A stretch of 64,000 nt of DNA from Octopus vulgaris. Lineage: Eukaryota. The position numbers and the translations under genes are program-made. Within the stretch, counting starts at the first letter, position 1. The number at the start of each line of letters is the position of its first letter. Of the stretch, positions 12,096-23,527 are shown piece by piece. The DNA is taken from positions 167,214,001 through 167,278,000 of the forward strand of contig OX597817.1 of NCBI GenBank assembly GCA_951406725.2. Reading direction: 5' to 3'. Under the pieces are notes generated by a model. It did not search any database, was not told the origin of the DNA, and worked only from the letters and a program-made list of their open reading frames with translations.

Positions 12096-12792
12096 TTTGG
12101 AATTTTAAATAAAAATCCCAAATTTCATATATTCCCTTTCTATCAATGTAAAGACAGAATCGCTATACAAGTCCAAACGCTTCTTAATATGCAAACTCCA
12201 TGGTGACCGTATTCCTTTTTCTCGCATCCTGTCTGACAAAAAGTAGATATAAGCATCCTGTTTGACAAAAAAATCCAGCATTCCAATTAAAGAGTATAAA
12301 ATCCACAGAATTATCTCCCCTTATGCATAGGACCTAGATAACTCGTACCCCATTTCCTGTTTTGACACATAAACATCCAGCCTTTTCAAACACAAAACTA
12401 CACATAAACACAAGCATCCTAATCCTCCAAAGAAGTTTTTCCATGGACTAATATTGAACTCTAAAAGCATAAAGACACAACAATGTATTGGTATACTTAT
12501 CTATTAATTTTTGTATATATTTATTATGTTTTTGAAAAAAAACATTGTAAATTTCTTTTTTCCCCTTCAGCAATTAAAAAAGAATTTTTTCCCTTCCAAA
12601 TCTTGAAAATTTGCCTTGCAATGAAAACCGGATTGATTTCTTTTTTAATTTTCCATACACCCATTTTTATTAAAATTTACTTCCAATTTAGCATTCTGCC
12701 TTATCATTTTTTCCTCTCCTATATATATATATTATATATATGTATATAGGAGAGGAAAATAATAAGGGCAGGGAAAAAATAAAAATAAATTG

Positions 12793-12843
<51 letters not shown>

Positions 12844-12917
12844 ATATATATATATATATATATATCACTTTTATATTTGGTTTGCAAGATTCTCTTTTGC
12901 AAGAGAGGGAGAGAGAT

Positions 12918-12986
<69 letters not shown>

Positions 12987-13377
12987 CTATCTCTCTCCCA
13001 CTCTTGTTTTTCATCTTTCTGGTTTTTTCTTCCACCCTTCCCTATTCTTCTCCTCTCCTCTTTACCGTTCCCCCCTCTCTCTCTCTCTCTCTCTCTCTTC
13101 CTCCTTGACTCTCTCGTCGCTGACACGTGACGAAAGAGAATCTATCTTTCTGCTCATATCCTTCCTAAAGACAACACGTGCTTATACCTGTCTCCTCTCA
13201 TAAGCTCGTCTTCCAAGCTTTCATAATAATTTTTCTATCGTCTTGGCTTAACAGCCCTCACCGTTTGTTTTAATTGTTTTATACTCACTGTCCTGTTCTT
13301 GTTACCACTTTCACCCTCCGCAAAAAATCCCAGATTTTATTTAATTTGCTTTGCGGGAAGGACTGTTTCAACGAAAT

Positions 13378-13438
13378 CGCGTATTGTCCTTGCCTTCGTT
13401 ACGCGGAGTAGATGAAACAGGGACAACTGATGGAAGGG
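13378..13438 (+). ncRNA. Rearranged (S-G-C order) hammerhead-like motif, degenerate core
   Basis: CGCG-TA-TTGTCC...CCTTC-GTTA-CGCG...GGACAA-CTGATGG: helices I and III intact, core mutated. Confidence 0.45.
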
Positions 13439-13648
13439 AGTATTCTTTATGTCACATGTCTCGTTTCTCTCTCTGTTTTTTTCGTCGTTCGAAAAAAGTT
13501 CGTTTTCATGGTTTTATTTTTATGTTTTCGTTTCTCATTGTGTTCAACGTTTTTTACGTCCTGTACCCATATATGCATGTATATATACATATATATGTAG
13601 GTATGTACAAATATGTATGTATATATGCACATATTTATATATTATTTA

Positions 13649-13715
<67 letters not shown>

Positions 13716-13719
13716 ATAC

Positions 13720-13759
<40 letters not shown>

Positions 13760-14340
13760 ACATATATGTATGTATATATGCATATATTTATATATTATTT
13801 ATATTATTATAAGATCGAACACCACGCACCATTTTCCAAGTAAGTTTTATCTTAATAATTATGATGCGCACTCTTTACTTTTACTAATTCTCCTCTATCT
13901 CTCTCCCTCTCTTGTTCTTCATCCTTTCTGGTTTTCTCTCCCACCCTTCCCTATTTTTCTCCTCTTCCCTTCATCGTTCCCTCTCTCTTACTCCTCCTCC
14001 TCCTCCTCCTCCTCGGTTCTCTCGTCACTGACACGTGACCAGAAGGAAGCCATCTTTCCAACAGCCATCTTCATCGAGACGAGACGGCTTATCCTGTCCC
14101 TCTCATAAGCTGTCTCCTTAATGCGTTCAAATAATTTTTCCATCGTCTTGACGTAACAACCCTCATCGTTTCTTTTTACTGTGTTATTCTCTTTGTCCTG
14201 TCTTTTACCGTTTTTACTTGTATTGTTTTTACTGTCTTGTTTTGTTCTTACTGTCCGATTCTTGTTACCACTTTTACCCCTCCGCAAAAATCCAAAATTT
14301 TATTTAATTTGCTTTGCGGGAAGGATTGTTTCAACGAAGT

Positions 14341-14401
14341 CGCGTCTTGTCCTTACCTTCGAACCGCGGAGTAGCCGAAACAGGGACAACTGAAGAAGGG
14401 G
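14341..14401 (+). ncRNA. Rearranged (S-G-C order) hammerhead-like motif
   Basis: CGCG-TC-TTGTCC-tta-CCTTC-GAAC-CGCG...GGACAA-CTGAAGA-A-GGGG; one core change (GAAC). Confidence 0.55.
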
Positions 14402-14811
14402 AATACTCCTTGTGCTGTATGTGTTTTCGTTGTTTGAAAAAAAGTTCGTTTCTATGGTTTTGTTTTTGTCTTCGTTTCTCATTGTGTTCAACATTTTTTT
14501 GATGTCCTGTACCCATATATGCATGTATATATACATATAGATGTAGGTATGTACATATATGTATGTATATATTTATATATTATTTATATTATACACACAC
14601 ACACGCACACATATATATATATTTCGTTTTGGGATTTGGTTTGCAAGATTCTTTATATGAGTTCGTGTGTTGAAGCATATTCTGTTGTGTCTGGGGAGAG
14701 GCATTTTCTTTTTGTGCTTTATAATGTAACACACTCACCGGTAAAATTTCCACTTATTTCTTATTTTTATTTTCCTAAAATTTTCGTTGCGTCTTGCAAC
14801 CTTTTCAATAG

Positions 14812-15395
14812 TCTTGCAATCCAGGAACAGGAAATATCAACCAAGTACCTGATGAACAAAAGGGATAGAGATGCAGGAAAGCAGTAAAATGTGACAACAG
14901 ATGCAGACTTTGCGGAATTCACACTGAAGATATCACCCACATCATAAGCAGTTGTCCGAAAATGCCATCACGGTATAATCTACTGATGAGACATAACGTT
15001 GTAGCTAGGACATTCTGTAATGAAATCCGTCGGAAGGATAATCCCTAGGACAAGAAATTAAGAACCCACAATATGGTAGAAGCCATAGCCACTCATAAGA
15101 AAGGAATATTGGTTTTATGTCCCAGTGAAGACCTCAATAAAATGTAAGCATAACAGACGTGATATAATGATTTAGAATGCTGAAGATCAGTGAAAAAGAG
15201 AACACCTATGCTTAACTATTGAGAAATTTGCAGTTACTCTATCCAGATTACAAGTTCAGGTTTATACCTGTAACTATTGGGGCCCCTGAAATATGTAACG
15301 CACTGCCTAAATTCTTATGAAGGAGTTTTAGATCTTGGTTAGAAGCCGGTTCTTTCTCTATTGGCAAGAAATCTTGAAATAAACGGAATAATGAA
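14812..15395 (+). mobile_element. R4/Dong-like LINE 3' fragment
   Basis: AIQEQEISTKYL...CRLCGIHTEDITHIISSCPKM and LYPDYKFRFIPVTIGA; the 3' tail runs into (TACA)n. Another short 3' piece lies at about 15871-15990 after (TACA)n. Confidence 0.8.
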
Positions 15396-15500
15396 ATACA
15401 TACACTCATACATATATAAATACATACATACATACATACATACATACATACATACATACATACATACATACATACATACATACATACATACATACATAGT

Positions 15501-15790
15501 GGAGGCACATGGCCTAGGGGCTAGAGCAGCAGACTCGCGGTCGAGAGATCGCGCGTTCGAATCTCAGACCGGGTGATGTGTATGTTTATGAGTGAAACAC
15601 CTAAGCTCCACGCGGCTCCGGCAGAAGGTAATGGCGAACTTCTGCTGACTCTTTCGCCACAACTTTCTCTCACTCTTTCCTCCTGCATCTTGCAGCTTAC
15701 CTGCGACGGACCGGCGTCCCGTCCAGGCGGGGAACCTGCAACGCAAGGAAACCGGGAAACCGGCCCTTATGAGCCAGGCATGGCTCGGGA
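15501..15790 (+). mobile_element. SINE, family 2-related
   Basis: Head GGAGGCACATGGCCTAGGGG...GTTCGAATC; embedded in (TACA)n on both sides. Confidence 0.8.
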
Positions 15791-16334
15791 AGAAATAAAC
15801 AAACAACATACATACATACATACATACATACATACATACATACATACATACATACATACATACATACATACTGAACTTGGGATCTTGGGGAGAGAATGCA
15901 ATTCTTTATTTTATATGCTATATATCATCACAGTACTAGGAACAATTAAAATCTGCAAGGCCTTCTTAAGATTTAAAGGATGTTAGTTGAAACAAGGTAC
16001 TTTCCTTTACAACCTTGCTACCACCCAGGTGAAAATTTATTCTCCATATTAAAAGACAAAGAGAACATATGAAGAAGTCCTCAACTTGGATATCGGGATT
16101 AGTAAGACACTAACACTTGCTAATAAGATCTACAACATCAGTGATACTGAACAGTATCCATGTAAGAAGTGGGAACGGAGATAGAGGTACAAAATCAGAC
16201 CAGAACACCTTTGAGTGCAGCGTTGTATCAATTTTCCTAAAGACATTGGAATGCAAAAGTTCAGTCTTGACATTAGCCCCTTGGATCTAACCAGTCTACG
16301 AGGCCCTGCAAAGATATTTTATTTATTTTTTTTT

Positions 16335-16690
16335 TAAATTTTATTTCATCTAGTTTCAGCTCACGAGTTGTGGCCATGCTGGGGCGCCGCCATTTGGTGT
16401 TGCAACATGATTTTACTTCACGAATGCTTTTTAGCATTTGACATTTGGTGCATGAGAGAGTTTGATGCAGCTGCCCTCATCTGCACCTCCTGCCGCGAAG
16501 TTGGGTCATCTGGGACACCTGACAGGAAGAGGTCCAGCTTTATTTTGAAGACACCTACATCCACCCCATGCAGGTCTCTCGAGTCCTTCGGGGGGATATT
16601 GAAGAGATTGTAGACCTTTGAATCCTAGGATATTGCAGTTTCTTGTCGTACACCTTGATGGCAAATTTGGAGTCCTTGGCACTACGCAGA
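16335..16690 (-). mobile_element. CR1-type LINE 3' end fragment
   Basis: Minus translation ...LFNIPPKDSRDLHGVDVGVFKIKLDLFLSGVPDDPTSRQEVQMRAAASNSL parallels the 58-kb LINE C-terminus; same 3' stem-loop motif. Confidence 0.85.
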
Positions 16691-16821
16691 TAATGAATAC
16701 TGGCCCTTAAACTCTACACACGCGAGCGTGTAAGTGTGTGTACGCTTCCTCTTTAATTTAGAATAAATTTTCACCGGTCACCTGCAAGGTTGGCTTGTAG
16801 GATTTTAGAGTTCCTAATACC

Positions 16822-17054
16822 TATTTCTTTATTACCCACAAGGGGCTAAACATAGAGGGGACAAACAAGGAGAGACATAGGTATTATGTCGATTACATCG
16901 ACCCCAGTGCGTAACTGGTACTTAATTTATCTACCCCGAAAAGATGAAAGGCAAAGTCGACCTCGGCGGAATTTGAACTCACAACGTAACGGCAGACGAA
17001 ATACCGCAGAAACATTTCGCCCGGCGTGCTAACGTTTCTGCCAGCTCGCCGCCT
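16822..17054 (-). mobile_element. SINE family 3, single unit
   Basis: Full head to tail; direct repeat CCTAATACC at 16813-16821 and 17052-17060. Confidence 0.85.
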
Positions 17055-17058
17055 AATA

Positions 17059-17352
17059 CCGTAATCTCTCGGCTATCGTGGGTGTTACTTTCTAAAAAAC
17101 CCGCGATAGGTAAAAATCCGCGAAGTAGAAACAGTACTATAATGTATGTTTTTATTATTATTAGTTTTGTAATTTGCATATATTCATTTTATTAAAAATT
17201 TAAAACAACACCACGGAATAATCGACGTAAGCTTAAATAATAAACCGCGATAGGTGAACCGCGATATGTGAACCGCGATAGGTGAACCGCGATAGGTGAA
17301 CCGCGATAGGTGAACCGCGATAGGTGAACCGCGATATGGCGAGGGATTACTA
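17059..17352. mobile_element. pogo/Tigger-like MITE with a 14-bp subterminal repeat amplified about 7 times
   Basis: TIRs CCGTAATCTCTCG / CGAGGGATTACT with TA flanks; (AACCGCGATAGGTG) tandem at 17243-17340. Confidence 0.8.
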
Positions 17353-17369
17353 TATTGTGATCATTTGCA

Positions 17370-17427
17370 GTATGTATGTATAATGTATGTATGTATGTAT
17401 GTATGTATGTATGTATGTATGTATGTA

Positions 17428-17463
<36 letters not shown>

Positions 17464-18191
17464 TATGTATGTATTATGGATGGATGGATGGATTCATGTA
17501 TGCATGATTGTATGCATGTATGTGTGTGTATGCATGTATGCATATATATATATATGTATGTATGCATGCATGTATGCATGTATGCTTGTATGTATGTATG
17601 TATGTATGTATGTATGTATGTATGAATGTATGTTTGTATATATGTATGTATGTATGCATGTATGCATGTATGCTTGTATGTATGTATGCATGTATGTCTG
17701 TCTGTATGTATGTGTATATGTATGTATGCATGTATGTATGTATGCATGCATGTATGCATGTATGCATGTATGTATGCATGTTTGTATGTATGTATGTCTG
17801 TCTGTATGTACGTATGCATTATGTATGTATGTATGTATGTATGTATGTATGTATGTATGTATGTATGCATGTATGTATGTATGTATGTATGTATGTATGA
17901 ATGTATGTTTGTATGTATGTATGTATGTATGCATGTATGCATGTATGCTTGTATGTATGTATGCATGTATGTCTGTCTGTATGTGTGTATGTATGTATGT
18001 ATGTATGTGTGTATGTATGTATGTATGTATGTATGTATGTATGCATGTTTGTATGTATGTATGTCTGTCTGTATGTACGTATGCATTATGTATGTATGTA
18101 TGTATGTATGTATGTATGTATGTATGTATGTATGCATGTATGTATGTATGTATGTATGTATGTATGTATGTATGTATGTATGCATGTATGT
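17370..18191. repeat. Complex (TATG)n microsatellite with an internal duplication of roughly 270 bp
   Basis: Variant string GTCTGTCTGTATGTACGTATGCATTATG recurs at about 17797 and 18063. Confidence 0.9.
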
Positions 18192-18399
18192 AACTTATGC
18201 GGATCACAACTTTGGTAGTAGCTGGTTCAAAGTCATTGACAAATAACAGGAAATAAAGTTTAAGTGTACAAATTAGTTTAGGATACTCTGTGGTATTCAT
18301 GCCTCTCCCGATGACGTTAGTTTTTCTTTTATTTTCTTTTTTACATTTCTTTTTGTTTGTTTTTTTCTTTAATGAAGCAATAAATATATATTTTTACAA

Positions 18400-18676
18400 A
18401 GGGGAACGACGAAACGAAGTGGTAGTAGATCGCCTAGTTAGTCTTGTCAGTCGTCGTTACCATTATCGGTTAGTTTAGACTATTGTCGGAATTGGTCAGA
18501 CAGAAGTTAAAAATTATAAACATTGCCGATTGCTGGGAATACCTGGGTAGCGAGCGGCACTGGGCCGTGCCCTAAGCTGGCTAACCGTATTGGGTTAGCG
18601 TATCGAGTACGCTGACCACCGAAAAGGGAGACGTTCGAATCAACTTGAAAGCCAAAAGCGATGAAAATCTTTCGTG
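18400..18676 (+). other. Candidate promoter/first exon of a host gene (5'UTR plus MKIFR, phase-1 donor)
   Basis: Unique CpG-rich island in an AT-rich repeat context; GCG-ATG AAA ATC TTT CGT G|GTGAGT with a consensus donor at 18677. Confidence 0.45.
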
Positions 18677-18934
18677 GTGAGTTGACGCTGGTTTGAAATA
18701 TGTTACTTGTCTGGTATATTTTAATTAGTTAAAGGCTGTGCTGTGTTACGTTAATAGAGACAGTAGTAGTAGTAGTAGTAGTAGTAGTAATAGTTTGGTT
18801 GTTGTTGTTATTATTATTAATATAGTCACTTCGCTCGTATTAAGCTGTGATGTAATAATGTATTTCACTCGCTGACTCGTTTAAGGACAATGTTCTGGCT
18901 TATTGATATCTTGATGTCTACTTGTTTTCCCCCA

Positions 18935-19003
<69 letters not shown>

Positions 19004-19068
19004 TATCAATCTATCTATCTAGCTATCTATCTATTTCCTTGTCTACCTCTCCGTTTCAAACACACATA

Positions 19069-19161
<93 letters not shown>

Positions 19162-19227
19162 CACGTGTAGAATGAAATAAAACGATTTCTGTTCAATCTG
19201 CGTTCAGCTCCATTTCTTCAATTCACC

Positions 19228-19276
<49 letters not shown>

Positions 19277-19280
19277 TATA

Positions 19281-19466
19281 TACCGGAGTAAACACACAAA
19301 TGTGAAACAAGGTGGAAAAAAGAGTACTCAAATACCAGTGGTAGAGTAATATACTGTATTTAAAAGCAGCAGAAAATTCAACAAAACCTGTTACTCGGAG
19401 TTCCACGTTCCCGTTCGTCCGACGAACGGAAACGTGAAACTCCGAGTAACGGGTTTTTAAATAAAG
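19281..19466. mobile_element. Penelope-like fragment in (TA)n with back-to-back minimal hammerhead motifs
   Basis: Palindrome at 19390-19450. Plus strand: CGT-CCGACGA-ACG gaaa CGT-GAAA-CTCCGAG-TA-ACG (19416-19451). Confidence 0.6.
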
Positions 19467-19516
<50 letters not shown>

Positions 19517-19713
19517 CGTACACAGACGTACACACACGTACACACACACATGTGTATGTAGTTAGGTATGTGTATATGTATGTGGATGTATCCATAGTAG
19601 GCACGTTTGTATGTATGTATCCGTGCATGTATGTTCGCGTATGTGTTTAATGTTTGTATGTATGCATGTATCCATGCACGTATTTGTATATGTATGCATA
19701 CATGAGTCTGTCT

Positions 19714-19748
<35 letters not shown>

Positions 19749-19989
19749 ATCTGCATCTACATGTCTAGGCATGATTAGTTTGTCTGTCTATCGCGTTGCC
19801 TAAGCTCGTCTGTCTATCCCTGCTATATCCGAATTTGTCACTGTATTTTCTTAGTCCATCTGTCTATCCCGTGTGTGTCTTTCTATTTATGTTTCCCTGC
19901 GCTTATTTATCTTTCTCTATCTATCCATCCGTCCATCTATGTCTCTATCTGACTAGTTATCAATCAATCTATCAATCTATATCTGACTA

Positions 19990-20001
19990 CCTATCAATCT
20001 T

Positions 20002-20073
<72 letters not shown>

Positions 20074-20116
20074 GCTACCTATCTATCTATCTATCTATCT
20101 ATCTACCTATCTATTC

Positions 20117-20147
<31 letters not shown>

Positions 20148-20149
20148 CA

Positions 20150-20199
<50 letters not shown>

Positions 20200-20201
20200 C
20201 A

Positions 20202-20283
<82 letters not shown>

Positions 20284-20345
20284 CCTATCTATCTATCTAT
20301 CTATCTATCTACCTATCTTTCTACCTATCTATCTATCTATCTATC
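19990..20345. repeat. (TATC)n microsatellite; an opposite-sense (GATA)n follows at about 20530-20655
   Basis: Directly visible. Confidence 0.95.
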
Positions 20346-20572
20346 AAGATGTTTATCCAGTTACTTACTTGTCAGCAATCCTGATGTATTTAAGTATGTG
20401 TATTTCTCCAATTATATTCGTATATCTGTTCATCTCTATATACCTATATGTGTCTCTCTGTCTCTTCCTGTCCGTCTTTCTCTTGTCCATCCATCATTCA
20501 CATCAGAGAAGGAGGGAAAGAAAGAGACAGACAGGTAGACAGGTAGACAGACAGACAGATAGATAGACAGAC

Positions 20573-20655
<83 letters not shown>

Positions 20656-20926
20656 AAGGAAGAGAGAGGATGAGTATGCGCGAGAGATTAGCTGTGTAGT
20701 TCATTTAGGCCAACAGGATTAACCCCACCCCCACCTTATAGCAATCCCCACTATCTCCGCACAGTCTCATAGTCTCCAGTACCACAGTTGCTTAACCCGC
20801 TACATACTGCATCAGCTCTGGCATTGCTACCTGTCAACAAATTTAGCTGTTTATTATTAACTTCTGCACAGATGTCTCCCCACTAGTTGCTTGCTATTCG
20901 CAGTTCAATGGTATACTCTGTTTCTG

Positions 20927-21861
20927 GCGAAATGCTCAGCGGTATTTCGTCTGCCGTTACGTTCTGAGATCAAATTCCGCCGAGGTCGACTTTGCCTTTC
21001 ATCCTTTCGGGGTCGATTAAATAAGTACCAGTTACACACTGAGGTCGATATAATCGACCTAATCCCTTTGTCTGTCCTTGTTTATCCCCTCTGTGTTTAG
21101 CCCCTTGTGGGTAGTAAAGAAACAGGTATTTCGTCTACCGCTACGTTCTGAGTTCAAATTCCGCCGAGGTCGACTTTGCCTTTCATCCTTTCGGGGTCGA
21201 TTAAATAAGTACCAGTTACGCACTGGGGTCGATATAATCTACCTAATCCCTTTGTCTGTCCTTGTTTGTCCCCTCTGTGTTTAGCCCCTTGTGGGTAGTA
21301 AAGAAACAGGTATTTCGTCTGCCGCTACGTTCTGAGTTCAAATTCCGTCGAGGTCGACTTTGCCTTTCATCCTTTCGGGGTCGATAAATTAAGTACCAGT
21401 TACGCACTCGGGTCGATATAATCGACCTAATCCGTTTGTCTGTCCTTATTTATCCCCTCTGTGTTTAGCCCCTTGTGGATAGTAAAGAAACAGGTATTTC
21501 ATCTGCCGCTACGTTCTGAGTTCAAATTCCGCCGAGGTCGACTTTGCCTTTCATCCTTTCGGGGTCGATAAATTAAGTACCAGTTACGCACTGGGGTCGA
21601 TATAATCGACCTAATCCGTTTGTCTGTCCTTATTTATCCCCTCTGTGTTTAGCCCCTTGTGGGTAGTAAAGAAACAGGTATTTCGTCTGCCGCTACGTTC
21701 TGAGTTCAAATTCCGCCGAGGTCGACTTTGCCTTTCATCCTTTCGGGGGTCGATTAAATAAGTACGAGTTACGCACTAGGGTCAATATAATCGACTTAAT
21801 ACCTATGTCTGTCCCTGTTTGTCCTCTCTGTGTTTAGCCCCGTGTGGGTAATAAAGAAATA
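20927..21861 (+). mobile_element. SINE family 3, 5'-truncated, five tandem 184-bp units
   Basis: Units start at about 20941, 21126, 21309, 21493 and 21677. Perfect 17-bp TSD GGTATACTCTGTTTCTG at 20910-20926 and 21862-21878. Confidence 0.92.
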
Positions 21862-21925
21862 GGTATACTCTGTTTCTGTTTACGAATATAACTTATTGTA
21901 TGCCAAGCTGTAAGAGAGTTACAAC

Positions 21926-21984
21926 AGTGGCTCAAGGGCCGAGAGTTTCGTGCCATGCATGGGACTTTCGGCCCTCGAGTCACT
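21926..21984 (+). ncRNA. Candidate pre-miRNA-like hairpin
   Basis: 28-nt arms; 5 of 6 non-Watson-Crick positions are G-U wobbles on the plus strand. Confidence 0.3.
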
Positions 21985-22222
21985 CTTCTTAATTCTGCCG
22001 ATTAAAATCAATATATAAAAAAGTATATGAATGTGCTTATGTATTGAGTACTATTCTCTTCCTTCTATCAGACACATCCTCTCTCTCTCCCATCCTTTCT
22101 CTCTCCCTCTCTCCCTCTCGCTCTCTCTCTCTCTTTCTCCCTCTCGCTCTCTCTCTCTCCCTCTCTCTCTCTCTCTCCCCCTCTCTCTCTCTCTCTCTCT
22201 GCATTTATATGTGTGTGTGTGC

Positions 22223-22344
22223 CGGGTTCAGTCTTCTACTGTATCCTCGGCAAATGTCGTCTACTGTAGCCTCGGGCCGACCAAAATCTTGTGAGTGAAT
22301 TTGGTAGACGGAAACTAAAAGGAAGCCCGTTGTGTAGATACATG

Positions 22345-22402
<58 letters not shown>

Positions 22403-22585
22403 TGTGTTCTCTGCCCCACCACCATCGCTTGACAACCGATGTTGGTGTGTATTACGTCCCCGTAACTTAGCAGTTCGGCAAAAGAGATCGATAGAATAAG
22501 TACTAGGCTCACAAAGAATAAGTCCTGGGGTTGATTTGTTCGACTAAAGGCAGTGTTCCAGCAGCAAATAAAAGAATAAAAGAAT
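22223..22585 (+). mobile_element. SINE family 1, 5'-truncated
   Basis: GCCTCGGGCCGACCAAA body and GAATAAGTACTAGGCT 3' part. Confidence 0.8.
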
Positions 22586-22599
22586 ACATATATATATAT

Positions 22600-22912
22600 T
22601 ATTTACATTTGACGGATATTTGTCCTCATCTTGTTTGCTGTTAACATAACGTTTCCGCTAATATACCTATTTCTTTATTACCCACAAGGGACTAAACATA
22701 GAGGGGACAAACAAGGACAGACATAGGTATTAAGTCGATTACATCGACCCCAGTGCGTAACTGGTACTTAATTTATCGAAAGGCAAAGTCGACCTCGGCG
22801 GAATTTGAACTCAGAATGTAACGGCAGCCGAAATACCGCGTAGCATTTCGCCGGCGCGCTAACGTTTCTGCCAGCTCGCTGCCTTGTTTCGGCTAATATA
22901 CCCTCTAGCCTT

Positions 22913-22917
<5 letters not shown>
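22600..22917 (-). mobile_element. Penelope-like hammerhead fragment interrupted by a family 3 SINE (22668-22885)
   Basis: Minus strand TGATGA-A-GGCTA...TAGCC-GAAAC-GTT after removing the SINE. TSD GTTTC(C/G)GCTAATATACC at 22651 and 22886; (TA)n flanks. Confidence 0.7.
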
Positions 22918-22954
<37 letters not shown>

Positions 22955-22960
<6 letters not shown>

Positions 22961-23238
22961 ATCGCGTGACCGACCAGGCTATCAGATGTTGCTACACATC
23001 GCTGGTCACAGTGCGCTTCGCATTGTTTTAGCCTTCAAATGACGCCACCCCACTGGCTAAGCGAGCAGGCCAACAGAAATTTGCAGCGAAAGAGTACAAC
23101 AGGGATCGCCGCCACCACCCTCTGCCAGAGCCTTGTGGAGCTTTAGGTATTTTGGCTCACAACGCCCGGTCTGGGAATCGAAACCGCGATCCTAAGACCG
23201 CGAGTTCGATGCCCTAACCACTGGGCCATTGCGCCTCC
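22955..23238 (-). mobile_element. SINE family 2 variant
   Basis: Reverse-complement head CTAACCACTGGGCCATTGCGCCTCC. Confidence 0.8.
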
Positions 23239-23245
23239 GCTATAA

Positions 23246-23303
<58 letters not shown>

Positions 23304-23488
23304 TTATTGTTATATATACGTACATATTAATGTACGTTTATATATTGTATACGTACATTAATATACACACACTCACACACACATATATATACATACATAC
23401 ATACATACATACATAATTTTTAATCCGTCTGTTGTATAACATGTGATGTGTGTGTGTGTGTATATCAATTTGTACACACAAAAGTACC

Positions 23489-23527
<39 letters not shown>

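Larger units (their letters stand above)
12985..14590 (+). mobile_element. Two diverged tandem copies (about 12985-13620 and 13870-14590) of a non-coding, probably Penelope-related repeat
   Basis: Shared blocks CTCTCGTC(G/A)CTGACACGTGAC, CCCTCCGCAAAAA and CCTGTACCCATATATGCATG; (TA)n flanks; hammerhead-like motif; third partial copy at 28475-28780. Confidence 0.7.

Noticed and set aside
17361-18300. Long ORFs in (TATG)n, (TA)n, (CA)n and (GATA)n tracts
   Set aside because: Low-complexity translations of microsatellites.
20941-21861. Regular repeats suggesting a CRISPR array (also the 63-bp units at 29450-29700)
   Set aside because: The units are contiguous with no unique spacers, no cas genes are present, and the context is eukaryotic SINE/LINE sequence.
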